DNA of 64,000 nucleotides from Macrostomum lignano. Its lineage: Eukaryota. Below are positions 1 to 12,189 of the stretch, piece by piece. A program made the position numbers and the translations under genes. The notes beneath the pieces were generated by a model. It saw only the letters and a list, made by a program, of their open reading frames with translations. It did not search any database and was not told the origin of the DNA. Where the stretch lies: contig NIVC01002888.1 in NCBI GenBank assembly GCA_002269645.1, forward strand, positions 1 through 64,000, written 5' to 3'. The first letter of the stretch is position 1. Every line of letters starts with the position of its first letter.

Positions 1-582
<582 letters not shown>

Positions 583-679
583 TAAGAGAAGAGATTCAGT
601 CCATCCGGCATTCCAATTCCCCAGACTGATCAGTGCACCAACAAAAAGCCATCTCTACCGCGCCTCGGTGTCGCTATTC

Positions 680-2965
680 TTATCTCCCGCGCAATTTGCA
701 TTCCTGTATTATCGGTCGGAAGCATCGACAGTGAGGGGAAATGAAAGCAAAAATCTCGGATGCATTTTTCTTCCTGGGATCCAAAATGCAAAAAATCTGT
801 GCGGGCTTCGGTTGATGCAGTGGAAACCGGGGCGGGAGGGCGTCAGACCTCGGCCGGGGGGCAGAACTCGCCAGGCTGGCTGAAGCCGTCCGCCCCTGCC
901 ACCCGCCGCCGCATCGGAGAACTCGCATCAGCTGCATCTCTTCGCCGAGGCCGGCGGCGCTGTCGTCTTCCTCGGCGTCGTCAGCGTCCATCATGGCGAT
1001 ATCAGCTGGCTGCTGGCGCGGCTGGTCGTTGTGCTTTGCCGCTCCGCCGCCGCCTCCAGAGGCTGCCGCGCGGCGGCGGCGGCGGCTGCTGCAGCGCGCT
1101 TGCCACAAATGCCGACGTCGCCGCCAAGCGCCGCCGTTTTGCCGTCGCCGCCGCCGCTCCTCCAACCGATCGCGACGACTCAGATGAAGCGTCACGCCTT
1201 GGACGCACTTGACTACGAAGGTAACGAAGAAGTCGAACAGTTCAACGAAGGTCACGAGAGACATTCCGGCCCACAGGCCGAGATGCCGCCGAGTTCAGAG
1301 AGCACTTCGACCAGGGTGTAGGACGGCGACTCGCGCATCATGGTGCCCTTCGAATTCTCGGCGTACACGTGCACTTGACGAAGTTCTCGCGCACAAAGCG
1401 TAGGCTGATGTTCCACGGACTGCGCGCGCTGCCGCCGCCGGCGTCGCTGTCAGCCAGAATCAGGTCGAGCAGCCCGAGCTCGCCCAACCGCCTGCCGCCT
1501 GGCCGCTGGCCGCCGGACACGATGAAGGTGTGCACGAAGGCCTCCAGGTCGGATGGCGACGGCCAGGGCACCCCGCGCGCTTGCGTAGCTGAACTCGTCG
1601 CGCTGGCAGGCCTGCAGCCGGGAGCACTCGGCCACGAAACTGTCGGACATTTTCGTCCGCACGGCGCCTTCAACCGGTTGAACCGCTGCAGCTGGGCCGC
1701 CTTCCAGCCGCTGTAGTTCCGCCGCCCGGTTCCGCCGTCGGCCACCGGTGGCACAGGTTGCTCCGGTTGCCGGTGGGCAGGAAGGTGGACTCGCAGGAGC
1801 AGTCCGCCCGCAGCCGCGCCTGCCACAGTTGAACCACGCAATCCTTCAGGCGCCGCTTTGAACACCCGGCGAGTGTCCGGCTCGGACACCCAGTAGGACA
1901 CCCTGCCGTAGTCCTCAACGCAGCGGTGCCTGCTGCGGTTCACGTACAGATTGCGGGTCATTCGAAACCGGATGTCCGAGCTCCAGCCGTTGCCAACGTC
2001 GACGCCCTCCCAGTACAGGTGCGGGTAGGTGTCCGGCTCGTGCAGCAGGACTCGAACCCCGTTGGACGTCTGCATGCCGGCCTTGCCGAACACGGTGCCC
2101 AGCTGCTCCAGCACCGTCCGGTTCACCCTGGGCGGGTAGATCACGTGATAGTCGCCGGTCGCCGACACCTGGACCCTCGGCATGCTGCTGGTGTACAAGA
2201 TCACGTCTAGCCCGTCGCCCGGCCCGTTGCCCTGGACGCTGCGGTCCTTCGGCCGGAAGCTCCAACAGTTCCAGTGGTGCGAGCTCTGCACCAGATGGAA
2301 ATCTGTCCACTTGCAGCGCGCCTTTTTGTAGAGACAGCCGACCAGGCCCAGGCTGAGGTTGTAGCCCAGCTGAGCTGTGGGCCGGCTGGCCAGTAGTGCT
2401 GCAGGAACTGGTACCAGTTGAAGTAGTCGTGCGAGCTGAACAAGTCGGCCAGCTTTCTGGGCCGGCCGGAGTACTGCTTGGCGTAGATCGGCCTCAGCCT
2501 GGCCAGCAGGTCGGCCATGCCAGCCTCGGCTTCAGCTCTGGCTGGCGTGTTGTAGTGCATCAGGGCGGCGGGCATCGGGCGCAGGTTGCAGAGGGTCACA
2601 TCCGGGAACAGAGTGTCCACGCCCTGATTGAGTATCAGAGTGTTCACAGGCGTCGTGTTGAACTGCTTGACGGTGAGGTAGGCGTGCAGGCAGCCGGCAG
2701 CTGTGGTCAGGCAGGCCAGAGCCAGCCAGAACAGCCGCCTGCTGTAGCTGTCCGCTCTGAACAGCTGCGCCACCGCGTGCATGCTGGTGTGGTCGGCGAA
2801 CCGGCCGACGTACATGAAAGCGCCGCGCATGGTGGCTCGGGGGCCTTCGCTGGCCGAGCTGGTGGCGGAGCCTCCTTGACGAGTGCCGGCCAGGTTGGCC
2901 ACGCCTCGAGACCGGGCCAGTAGGGCGGCTGCAGCTGCGGCCAGCTGTCGGTCTCTGCCGTGCAT
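680..2965 (-). CDS. DEG/ENaC (amiloride-sensitive sodium channel family) subunit, intronless, about 6 frameshifts (assembly indels or young pseudogene)
   Basis: Motifs appear in order across shifting frames: FADHTSMHA..RRLFW (pre-TM1/TM1), FPDVTLCN, HHWNCWSF, GVRVLLHEPDTYP, DCVVQLWQ..CSCES, ECSRLQAC..WPS, VKVHVY, and SELGGISGLWAGMSLVTFVELFDF (TM2, GxS filter). Shifts lie near 2385, 1857, 1722, 1662, 1572, 1375 and 1277; two of these may be one event. Likely start is GCCACCATG at 2830 or the ATG at 2965. The C-terminal end is uncertain. Confidence 0.9.
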
Positions 2966-3975
2966 GGCGAGTTCGCTGAGTCCGTTCCATACGCCAGCGC
3001 CCTGCGGCTCCTGTCGTGCTGATAAGAATCTCTTCGGCTTCTCAATTCAGTCGGCCTGCTCGAGCTCTCATTGGATGACAACTGGCTCTTAGCGACTGAT
3101 GTCTGGGTTGGGATTTCTACTAGACTCTAGACTCTAGATTCTGGTCAGGGTTAGGGATGATTGGTCAGGGTTAGGGTAAGAAGTTAGTGTTAAACCATGG
3201 CTCAATGTGGAGTTACTGAGATGCCTCTGATCAATGCGGAATGCTAAGATGCAAAGGTTCGCAGGATGCCGATATGTTGAGTCAGAATGCTTTATGTCAG
3301 GGTCGGTGCTTTTCTGCTTAATGTCTTAATTTCTAAGAAACTAACAGCAGTATCTGTACAAGACTTCCTGCTGGTAGTGTGTTTTCTTTCTTTGTTGGCC
3401 TCCCACAGCGGGTAAAAGTGGCGAACTGACGGTCAGGTTGTTTGCCATTGAATTATAAATTATTCTATTTTCAGTTATGGCCCACAAAATTCAGTCAACT
3501 TGCAAGCTTTCCAATTAAAAATAACCGCTAAATTGAACTTTTAGCGGTCGAATGAAATAGACATATTTCACATATTCGGGTTAAACTGGATTTATCCGCC
3601 GCACTCCTGAACAACATTTAGTAGTAGAAATTTTGATAATCTGGCGTTAATCCAGATTAAATATTGTCATTCCTCTCTAAAGCCACTAGCTGCTTTCCAT
3701 TGACAAAACTGGTTTCTGTTATTGCTTCACCGAAACTCTGATAGAATCTGCTGGCTTCTCACGACCCTCTGGATAAACTGGTTTAGCAATGTTTAACGAA
3801 AAGAGCTGCTTGCCATTTTACATATATATATACATACGTATATAGCTCGTACACAGTCCTCTTTGCCTAATTCCCGAGATTTTGCGTGCTTGCGAACTTG
3901 AACTGAGGTAAGACTTCTCTCTGTTTCTCTTTTTTGTTTTGGTTCCGTAGAATAGGATCGTGGCCTCAGATACTC

Positions 3976-4143
3976 GAGGCCACACCCTCATGTTAGTGAG
4001 GCCACACGCTCTTATTAGTGAGGCCACACCCTCCTGTTAGTGAGGCCACACCCTCATGTTAGTGAGCCCACACCCTCCTGTTAGTGAGGCCACACCCTCC
4101 TGTTAGTGAGGCCACACGCTCTTGTTAGTGAGGCCACACCCTC
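3976..4143. repeat. 22-bp minisatellite (GAGGCCACACCCTCATGTTAGT)
   Basis: About 7.5 tandem copies visible. Confidence 0.93.
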
Positions 4144-4176
4144 TCTTTATTTGGGGCTACACCCTCATACGAGCTA

Positions 4177-4435
4177 GACTCAGGACACTATTCCCAGACA
4201 CTCAGGACAGTATTACCAGACACTCAGGACACTATTCCCAGACACTCAGGACAGTATTCCCAGACACTCAGGACGGTATTCCCAGACACTCAGGACGGTA
4301 TTCCCAGACACTCAGGACGGTATTCCCAGACACTCAGGACACTATTCCCAGACACTCAGGACAGTTTTCCCAGACACTCAGGACAGTTTTCCCAGACACT
4401 CAGGACAGTTTTCCCAGACACTCAGGGCAGCATTC
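4177..4435. repeat. 22-bp minisatellite (CTCAGGACAGTATTCCCAGACA)
   Basis: About 11-12 tandem copies; source of spurious ORF 4122..4502. Confidence 0.93.
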
Positions 4436-4684
4436 TCAGAGACACAGAACCAAATTCTCAGAGATCCCCGATCACACACTCAGACCAAGGACCACAAAAT
4501 GAGCCGATGCTCACACAACTGCACTCACGTATCGCCGACCGCATTCCAATTCAAGATCTCACCTGACTGAAGCAGTTGGATGTTGCTACGCGTTCTTATA
4601 AAATTTGCTCTCCAACGACTGGTCTCCGCTCGTCCGCTCTGCGTTGGAATCGAACACAGGACCAATGCTGGAAAGCTACCTATA

Positions 4685-4765
4685 ACCGGAATTTTAACCG
4701 GAAGTGGACCATTTGGCGTCGGCGCAACCGGAAGTAAAACTTTCAGCGAAACACCAATGACGTCA
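4685..4765 (+). promoter_or_regulatory. ETS/GABP-type motif cluster plus CRE
   Basis: ACCGGAAGT at 4697 and 4727, ACCGGAAT at 4685, and palindromic TGACGTCA at 4758, all just upstream of ATG 4801. Confidence 0.5.
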
Positions 4766-4800
4766 AATTTACCGCAATCGAAAATAAAAAACGCCTTTCA

Positions 4801-7800
4801 ATGGGCACGAAAAGTATATCTAGCAGTAATGTCAGAGACGCCAAAAGTGACATCAACTTCCTGGATTATCGGGCGGTGCAGGCCAGCAAGACTAGAGCAG
4901 AGTTAATCCGTGCCTTAGCCGTCCTGCACTTGTGCTCAATCGATCTGTTCGTAAGCCGGGCGCTTTTGTGGATGCGCCTGGGCCGGCGCCTGCTGGGCCA
5001 ACGCTGCTTCAACGCCCTGATGAGGCGCAGCTTCTTCGGCCAGTTTGTAGGCGGCGCCACTGAAGCTGAGCTGCGCCAGACAGCCGAGGCGCAACGGCGC
5101 CAAGGACTCCGGCCGATGATCGCCGTGCCAATGGAGGAGCCGATGAGAAAACTTTCAGATGAGGAGTTGACGCGCCTGTACGAAGAGAACACAGCCAAGC
5201 AGGTGAAAATTGGTGGTGTCAGTAGTGAGGTGGGTGTCAGTAGCGGTGAGTGTTGGGAGTGAGGTGGATGTCAGGAGTGAGGTGGATGTCAGGAGTGAGG
5301 TGGGTGTCAGTAGCGGGGTGGTCGGGAGTGAGGTGGATGTCAGGAGTGAGGTGGGTGTTGGGAGTGAGGTGGATGTCAGGAGTGAGGTGGATGTTGGGAG
5401 TGAGGTGGGTGTCAGTAGCGGGGTGGTCGGGAGTGAGGTGGATGTCAGGAGTGAGGTGGGTGTCGGGAGTGAGGTGGATGTCGGGAGTGAGGTGGATGTC
5501 GGGAGTGAGGTGGATGTCGGGAGTGAGGTGGATGTCGGGAGTGAGGTGGATGTCGGGAGTGAGGTGGGTCGAGATTCTTTTTAAAGCGTACAATCTAAAA
5601 TTCATAAACTTCTATTATCTGTGGAATATTTTCTTAAAAATGGGGTCAGAGTGCTCCCCTGGTCAGTGGCTTGTACTTTTACAAGAGTTGCCCAACATTC
5701 TTCCAGACCGCATTTTCTCTTTATTTCTTGTTCTCTTATCAGCTGGCTAAGGAGCGTGACAGGCTAAGATCGCTAAGATCGATGACTGCGATAATTTAGC
5801 TAGCCAGTAATTGCGATTCGTGAATTATCCTAGCCAGTGGAGGGCTTATTAGGTTAAGCCAGTAAATTTATCTATATCCTAATTCAAACCCGCTCGTGGC
5901 ACATTTTCAGTCATAGTATAATTATGTGATAATAATCCTATAAGGAAAGGAGGGACAAGTGAAGTGCATTCATAATATTTGATCACGCAGTCCTTATCGC
6001 TTTCCCAGTCACAATATCTGACTCACAGTCACATCATCACATCACGGTCCTATTATAACACTCCAGTCACACTATCATACTAATAGTTACATTGTCCTAC
6101 TCAAAGTCACACCAATACCACTCACAGACACACCACTACATTCACAGACACAATATTACACTCACAGACACACCATTACACTTACAGACACAACATTACA
6201 CTCACAGACACACCATTACACCCACAGACACACCATTACACTTACAGACACACCATTACATTCACAGACACACCATTACATTCACAGACACACCATTACA
6301 CTCACAGACACACCATTACATTCACAGACATACCATTACATTCACAGACACAACATTACACTCACAGACACAACATTACACTCACAGACACAACATTACA
6401 CTCACAGACACAAAATTACACTCACAGACACACCACTACATTCACAGACACACTATCATAGTTACACGATCACACGATTGCATTTTTCAATTACACTAAC
6501 GTCACACGATCACACTCAGTCACGCAATCACAGTTGTACATTCACTCAGCGATACAATCACACTTAGTCACACGATCACACTCACAGTCACAAGATCACA
6601 CCTAGTCACACGATCACACTCACAGTCACAAGATCACGATCACACCGGACCCCACAGGTGCGGGCCGTGGAACTGTCGGCCCAGCTGAACAGCAACCGGC
6701 CGAAGATGCAGCTGAAGCTGACCTCTCTGATGCCGACGTCGCTGCTTCAGAAGCTGGCTACACTGCACGGCGATCTGGCAGTGGCCGACGCCGCCTCCGA
6801 GGTGCTGTCGCAGCTACTGCAGCTGGCGGTTCCTGACACGCCGTGCTCCACAAAGTCCCGACAGCAGCAGCAGGATCTGCTTCGCCGGCTCCTACCAGCC
6901 GCCTCGGACGCTGGTCGCCTCTCCGACCAGCTTCTAGCCGCAGTCGTTCGAACTCGTCGAGTTTTCGACGCGGCCAAACGACATTCCGTGCAGATTTTGA
7001 TCGATGCCGAGTACAGCCATATTAATCCTGGGATTTCGCTGTTTTATCTGGCTCTGGCCACGGTGTACAATGCCGAGGATTATTGCATGGTGTTTAACAC
7101 CTACCAGTGCTATCTAAGAGACACCATCGACACCTACAACTGGCACATGGATCTTCTTCTGTCGACTAGTCGGCGCGGCGTTAGAGCCGGCGCGAAAATT
7201 GTTCGTGGAGCCTATTTGCACTGGGAGAACGGTCAAGGAGCCGAGATCAACGGGGTTAGTGATATGCCAATTACATTGGAGACTTGCCTGTGACAGCTTG
7301 TCTATGGCCCAATTTGATCCTCTGACACAGGCTGTCTGTGGCCCAATCCGATCCCCGACACCGGTTTTCTATGGGCCAATCCGATTCCCCGACACCGGTT
7401 GTCTATGGCCTAATCTGATCCCCTGACTCAGGTTGTCTATGGCCCAATCTGATCCGTCTATGGCCCAATCTGATCCTCTGACTCAGGTTATCTATGGCCC
7501 AATCCGATCCCCGACACCGGTTTTGTATGGCCCAATCCGATTCCTCGACACCGGTTGTCTATGACCCAATCCGATCTTGACACCGGTTGTTTGTGGCCCA
7601 CTCCCTGCAGCAGTTACTATAATCTCAAACTGCAGGGTCGCAGTCGAGTCTGGAGCAGCCTCGAAGAGACTAACTGTTCGTACAACCGAGCAGTCTCAAT
7701 CGCCCTAGATCGCATAGTAACCGAGGGCAGCAACTCCAGCCGTCACGAAGTGATCCTGGCAACGCAGAATTCGAACAGCATCAGTCTGTGCTTGGACGGC

Positions 7801-8049
7801 ATGCGTAGGCGTTGCATATCGCCAGAAAGCGGCGCTGTGTCGTTCGGCCAACTGTACGGCATGGCAGACTACATCTCGGTTCCGCTAGCCCAGTCTGGTT
7901 ACCAGGTGTACAAGTCCATTCCGTACGGCAGCGTGGACGAAACTCTGCTGTATTTGGTGCGCAGGGCCAACGAGAACAAGCTCATATTCGATGGGGTGCG
8001 GGAGGAGAAATCTGTGCTGAGAGCCGCGCTGCGGGCTGGTCGGGCTTAG
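4801..8049 (+). CDS. PRODH2: Proline/hydroxyproline dehydrogenase, PRODH2-like (about 470 aa, 3 exons)
   Basis: Exons 4801-5202, 6658-7254 and 7636-8049 with GT-AG phase-0 junctions, total 1413 nt. Motifs: ELIRALAVLHLC..RRLLG..FFGQFVGG, LRPMIAVPMEE, ILIDAEYS, FNTYQCYL, KIVRGAY, FGQLYGM, YKSIPYG, YLVRRANEN. The N-terminal start is uncertain (alternative ATG 4580). Confidence 0.9.
5215..5570. repeat. 18/21-bp minisatellite (GGGAGTGAGGTGGATGTC) in PRODH intron 1
   Basis: Tandem copies start about 12 bp after the splice donor. Confidence 0.93.
6100..6640. repeat. 20-bp minisatellite (CACAGACACACCATTACACT) and degenerate CAC-rich repeats in PRODH intron 1
   Basis: About 17 copies followed by related ATCACAC repeats up to the acceptor. 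Confidence 0.9.
7290..7600. repeat. Degenerate ~35-40-bp repeat (GTCTATGGCCCAATCTGATCCCC...) in PRODH intron 2
   Basis: About 8 imperfect copies. Confidence 0.85.
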
Positions 8050-8094
8050 GTGGGTGGGTGACGACTTCACAGGCGTTGATGGCGAGTTTAGGGT

Positions 8095-8805
8095 AGATGA
8101 GTTCAGGTGAGATGAGTTCAGGTGAGATGAGTTCAGGGTAGATGATTTCAGGGTAGATAAGTTCAGGGGAGATGAGTTCAGGTGAGATGAGTTCAGGGGA
8201 GATGAGTTCAGGGGAGATAAGTTCAGGTGAGATGAGTTCAGGTGAGATGAGTTCAGGTGAGATGAGTTCAGGGGAGATGAGTTCAGGGGAGATGAGTTCA
8301 GGGGAGCTGAGTTCAGGGAGATGAGTTCAGGGGAGATGAGTTCAGGGGAGATGAGTTCAGGGGAGATGAGTTCAGGGGAGATGAGTTCAGGGAGATGAGT
8401 TCAGGGAGATAAGTTCAGGGGAATGAGTTCAGGGGAGATGAGTTCAGGGAGATGAGTTCAGGGTAGATGATTTCAGGGTAGATGAGTTCAGGGGAGATGA
8501 GTTCAGGGGAGATGAGTTCAAGGGAGATGAGTTCAGGTGAGATGAGTTCAAGGTAGATGAGTTCAGGTGAGATGAGTTCAGGGTAGATGAGTTCAGGGGA
8601 GATGAGTTCAGGGGAGATGAGTTCAGGGGAGATGAGTTCAGGTGAGATGAGTTCAGGGAGATGAGTTCAGGGGAGATGAGTTCAAGGGAGATGAGTTCAG
8701 GGGAGATGAGTTCAGGGGAGCTGAGTTCAGGCGAGATGAGTTCAGGCGAGATGAGTTCAGGCGAGATGAGTTCAGGCGAGATGAGTTCAGGGGAGATGAG
8801 TTCCG
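8095..8805. repeat. 15-bp minisatellite (GATGAGTTCAGGGGA)
   Basis: More than 45 copies starting about 45 bp after the PRODH stop. Confidence 0.96.
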
Positions 8806-9209
8806 AGGAAATGAGCTTTATGTTAAAAAAACGGTTTGATAAAAAACCACAAGAGTTATGCAGTAATTAAACAATATGATTTGGCATCTCACAGGTTGAT
8901 TCACTTCACTCTGTGTGCAAAATTAACTAATGGCGCCTTCACTTGTATTTCATTCGAAATTTTCATTGCACAGAAATGTAAAATTGGACACCAACAATTT
9001 CTTAACTAAAAAGCTTGTTAAACATTTTAAAACTTTTCTTTGATTACATAAATAGCTTTTGATCGTTGCCTTCTAGCGTCAAGCTTTTACTGTCACAATT
9101 TTATGCTCGGCGTCCCAATAAAATCCTAAATATATTACTCAAAGACTACCTTTCTCGATTATTAATTACTTTCTTACTCATACTTTCTCCTACGACAAGC
9201 CTATCAGCT

Positions 9210-9583
9210 CAGCTTCTGACCAGCTTGACCCACTCAGACCCTGACCAGCTTGACCCACTCACACCCTGACCAGCTTGACCCACTCACACCCTGACCAGCT
9301 TGACTCACTCAGTTCCTGACCAGCTCGACTCACTCACACCCTGACCAGCTTGACCCACTCACACCCTGACCAGCTTGACCCACTCACACCCTGACCAGCT
9401 TGACCCACTCACACTCTGACCAGCTTGACCCTCTCAGACCCTGACCAGCTTCACCCACTCAGACCCTGACCAGCTTGACCCACTCAGCCCCTGACCAGCT
9501 TGACCCACTCAGCTCCTGACCAGCTTGACCCACTCAGCCCCTGACCAGCTTGACCCACTCAGACCCTGACCAGCTTGACCCAG
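9210..9583. repeat. 25-bp minisatellite (CCTGACCAGCTTGACCCACTCACAC) overlapping the 3' end of lectin gene 1
   Basis: About 15 copies; on the minus strand each unit reads W-V-K-L-V-R-x followed by a stop. Confidence 0.95.
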
Positions 9584-10323
9584 TCCGGGCTGCTCTCGAT
9601 TTCCGGGTCGACTGGAGCGTCGGCGAACTGCAGCAGGCGGCAGGCGGCCAGCCGGCTGTTGTACAGAGCGCTGCGGCACCTGCTGCCACACAGGGAGGCT
9701 CTGACCAGGCAGGCCTTCAGCGAGGCCACTGGCTGCAGCTCATCGCAGCAGCAGTACGTGTCGGTCCGGGTTCTCGTGAACTCAGCCGGAGTCCAGTAGC
9801 CAGCCGACTTGGTGGCGGCAGGCGGCTTCATAAACTGGCAGACGAAGCCGAGTGAATCGTTGCAGGTCCTGTCTCCGAGCCGAGTCTGGCCGCTAGGGTA
9901 TAAAAACCGGAGGCAGTGCGCTCCAGGGCTTCCATTTGGCTCCGTCGGGTGCCACAGCGACTCGTGTAGTGGAAAACTGCCGCCACCGCTGACCCTCTGC
10001 CAGCCGGACCTGCTGGTGTTGGCCTCGGACGCCAGGTCGTTGAGTCCAGTCCACATGTCAGTTGAGTAGCCGAGAGTCTGCAGGTTCACAGAAGCCAAGG
10101 CAGCGATGGACTCAGGCGAGTTGATGAGCTCGCCGCCCAGCTCAGAGCACACTCGGTTGGCGGAGCACCAGCTGTAGCTCTGGTTGGGCTGGATGAAGAG
10201 GCACAGCTGGGCGGCCGAGTACAGCTGGAACGGGGCCGGACAGGGGACGGTCTCGGACTGTCCGAGGCTGACACACAGCAGCAGAGCCGCTGCCAGAGCA
10301 GAGCAGCCGACATGAAGCTTCAT
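9559..10323 (-). CDS. Secreted C-type lectin domain protein with C-terminal Cys-rich PAN/apple-like domain (copy 1, 254 aa, intronless)
   Basis: Signal peptide MKLHVGCSALAAALLLCVSLGQS; CTLD features C..C, SWCSANRVCSELGGEL, WTGLND, W..EPN...HC..C..FVCQ; tail SLKAC..LCGSRCRSALYN..CRL. Confidence 0.88.
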   Translation of the reverse strand: MKLHVGCSALAAALLLCVSLGQSETVPCPAPFQLYSAAQLCLFIQPNQSYSWCSANRVCSELGGELINSPESIAALASVNLQTLGYSTDMWTGLNDLASEANTSRSGWQRVSGGGSFPLHESLWHPTEPNGSPGAHCLRFLYPSGQTRLGDRTCNDSLGFVCQFMKPPAATKSAGYWTPAEFTRTRTDTYCCCDELQPVASLKACLVRASLCGSRCRSALYNSRLAACRLLQFADAPVDPEIESSPDWVKLVRV

Positions 10324-10399
10324 TTTGCCTGAGAATATTTTTCTGTGAAATGAAAGCTTTTGGTTGCTGTACGGCCGGTTTTTTAGCTGCTGCTGACTG

Positions 10400-10413
10400 G
10401 TTCCCATGGCAAC
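10400..10413. promoter_or_regulatory. RFX X-box GTTCCCATGGCAAC
   Basis: Match to the GTNRCC(N)RGYAAC-type palindrome, about 76 nt upstream of lectin 1 ATG. Confidence 0.7.
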
Positions 10414-10965
10414 CAGCCTCCTCATCAAACTTATGACGCCAACTGTATTATCCGCTTGCGTGCTGGTAGGGCAGAAGCCGGCAGCCTCTTCGCTAACAAG
10501 GTAGATTCTCAGAATTTTTCTCTTGCAGTTTCGCCAGCAATGGCAAACGGGCCTCCGCCATTGCTGACGGACTTCTTCCTAGAAATTTCCAGTCACTTTT
10601 TTCTTGCAGCTTCAAATAATTAATGAGAAATTGGTGAAGCTTTATGACTTGATAGAACCTGCTGCCTCATACCTGTAGTTTGCTAATTGGCTCAGCCTCA
10701 ATTCCAACCAACCATCTGCCGCAGGGCCCATTGTGCAGGTTCCCGCGGCTGCTTCTCCAGAAATCTAGCAAAAATTCCGGTACATAAAAATTCATCATTC
10801 AAGAAGCAGTTGCACCAGAAATAATGGGGCACTTCATTGCTTTAAGTCTTTTTAGTGACTCGAGTAGTCAGGAAAATATTTCCCAGCTGGGAATGTAGGA
10901 AAAGCTTCTTTGGCAACCGCAAACCGATTTGGCAACCGATAATAGAAATCAACCACAGTCTATTA

Positions 10966-12095
10966 TCAGTTCTCAACATAATTTCCATCTAAATCGGGTC
11001 ACTTTTGCAGGCGCTGGAACCATGCGTCGAAGCATCCCCAAGATCAGCTTTGATGAAGCTGTCCAGCTCAGCTTGCAGCGCAACAACCAGCTCCTCCCTC
11101 GAGTCGAAGCACTCCCCTTCAGACTTTTCTTCATCCTGGGAAAGAGGAAAAAGTCAGCAGGCGCCAGGTCCGGCGAATATGCCGAATGCGGCAGCTGGGC
11201 CTGCTGGGTCGCCTGAAGGAACTCCTTGGGTCACTCGTGCCCGGTGCGCTGGAGCGTTGTCCTGATGGAGGAAGATGACTTTGTCAAGCGTCTTCGGCCG
11301 CTGCTATGCGAGCGCCTCCAGAACCTGAGGCAAGCAGACGGTGCTGTACCATTCTGCCGTCACTGTGGCGCCTTGCTGCAACAGCACTGGCGGCAGGATG
11401 CCGCTGCGTCGGAAGAAAATGGCCGCCATCACTTTTCCGACGCTGCGCTCGCGACGAAATTTGAGAGGAGCATCTTCCTCGTTGGTGACCCACTGCCGAC
11501 TCTGCTCCTTGGTCTCTGGGTCATAGAAGTAGACTCAGGTTTTGTCGCCAGTGAGGATGTTATCTACCAACTTTGAGCGGCCTCCGTCAAACCTGGCCGC
11601 CATGAGGTCGGCGAACTCAACTCGGGCTCGCATCTGGTCAGCGCTGAGCTGGTGGGGCACCCAGCGAGCAGACAGCTTCCTCATGCCGAGGTGCTGGTGC
11701 AGGATCTTAATGATGGTGGAATCCGCACCCTGATGAGCTGCTCCAACCAGCAAATCGTCACTCGCTGATTTTCGTCTACGAGTAGGTGGCGTCGAACAGC
11801 AGCAACGACTCCGTCGGAAACAGCCGAACTCGGCAACCCTCGCGGGGATCATCGTCCCCAGAGTGGCCGATCTGCAGTGGAAGCGCGCAAACCACTCATA
11901 CACCATCGACTGGGATGGCAGGGGGGCCACGTTCTCAGCCGAACTTTGCATGGTCACTGCGGCGCATTATTGCGACCGATCGAGCTAAAATTTTACAAGC
12001 AAACGTAGAACATACAACCCTAACTTTGGTTAAGATTTGTTTGATTTGCGCATTTTTAAGCTGCATTTTCCGGGAACTTAATAAGCACCCTCTCT
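10966..12095 (-). mobile_element. Degenerate Tc1/mariner (mariner D,D34D) transposon
   Basis: Transposase fragments: VYEWFARF, HLGMRKLSARWVPHQL, ILTGDKT followed by a stop (from TGDETW), HxDNAPAH, PAYSPDLAPADFFLFPRMK and C-terminal WFQRLQK*..GNYVEN*. Several stops and frameshifts. TIRs not resolved at both ends. Confidence 0.9.
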
Positions 12096-12189
12096 TAATT
12101 TAGTGCATGCAGTTTAGCACTGCACATGTCTTGACTCTGCATTTCATGCATTTTAACACGAATGGCTCTGTATCTGTTTGCTTATTACC

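Noticed and set aside
2370-2400. Programmed ribosomal frameshifting in the ENaC gene
   Set aside because: Six or more shifts in both directions without slippery heptamers fit indels better.
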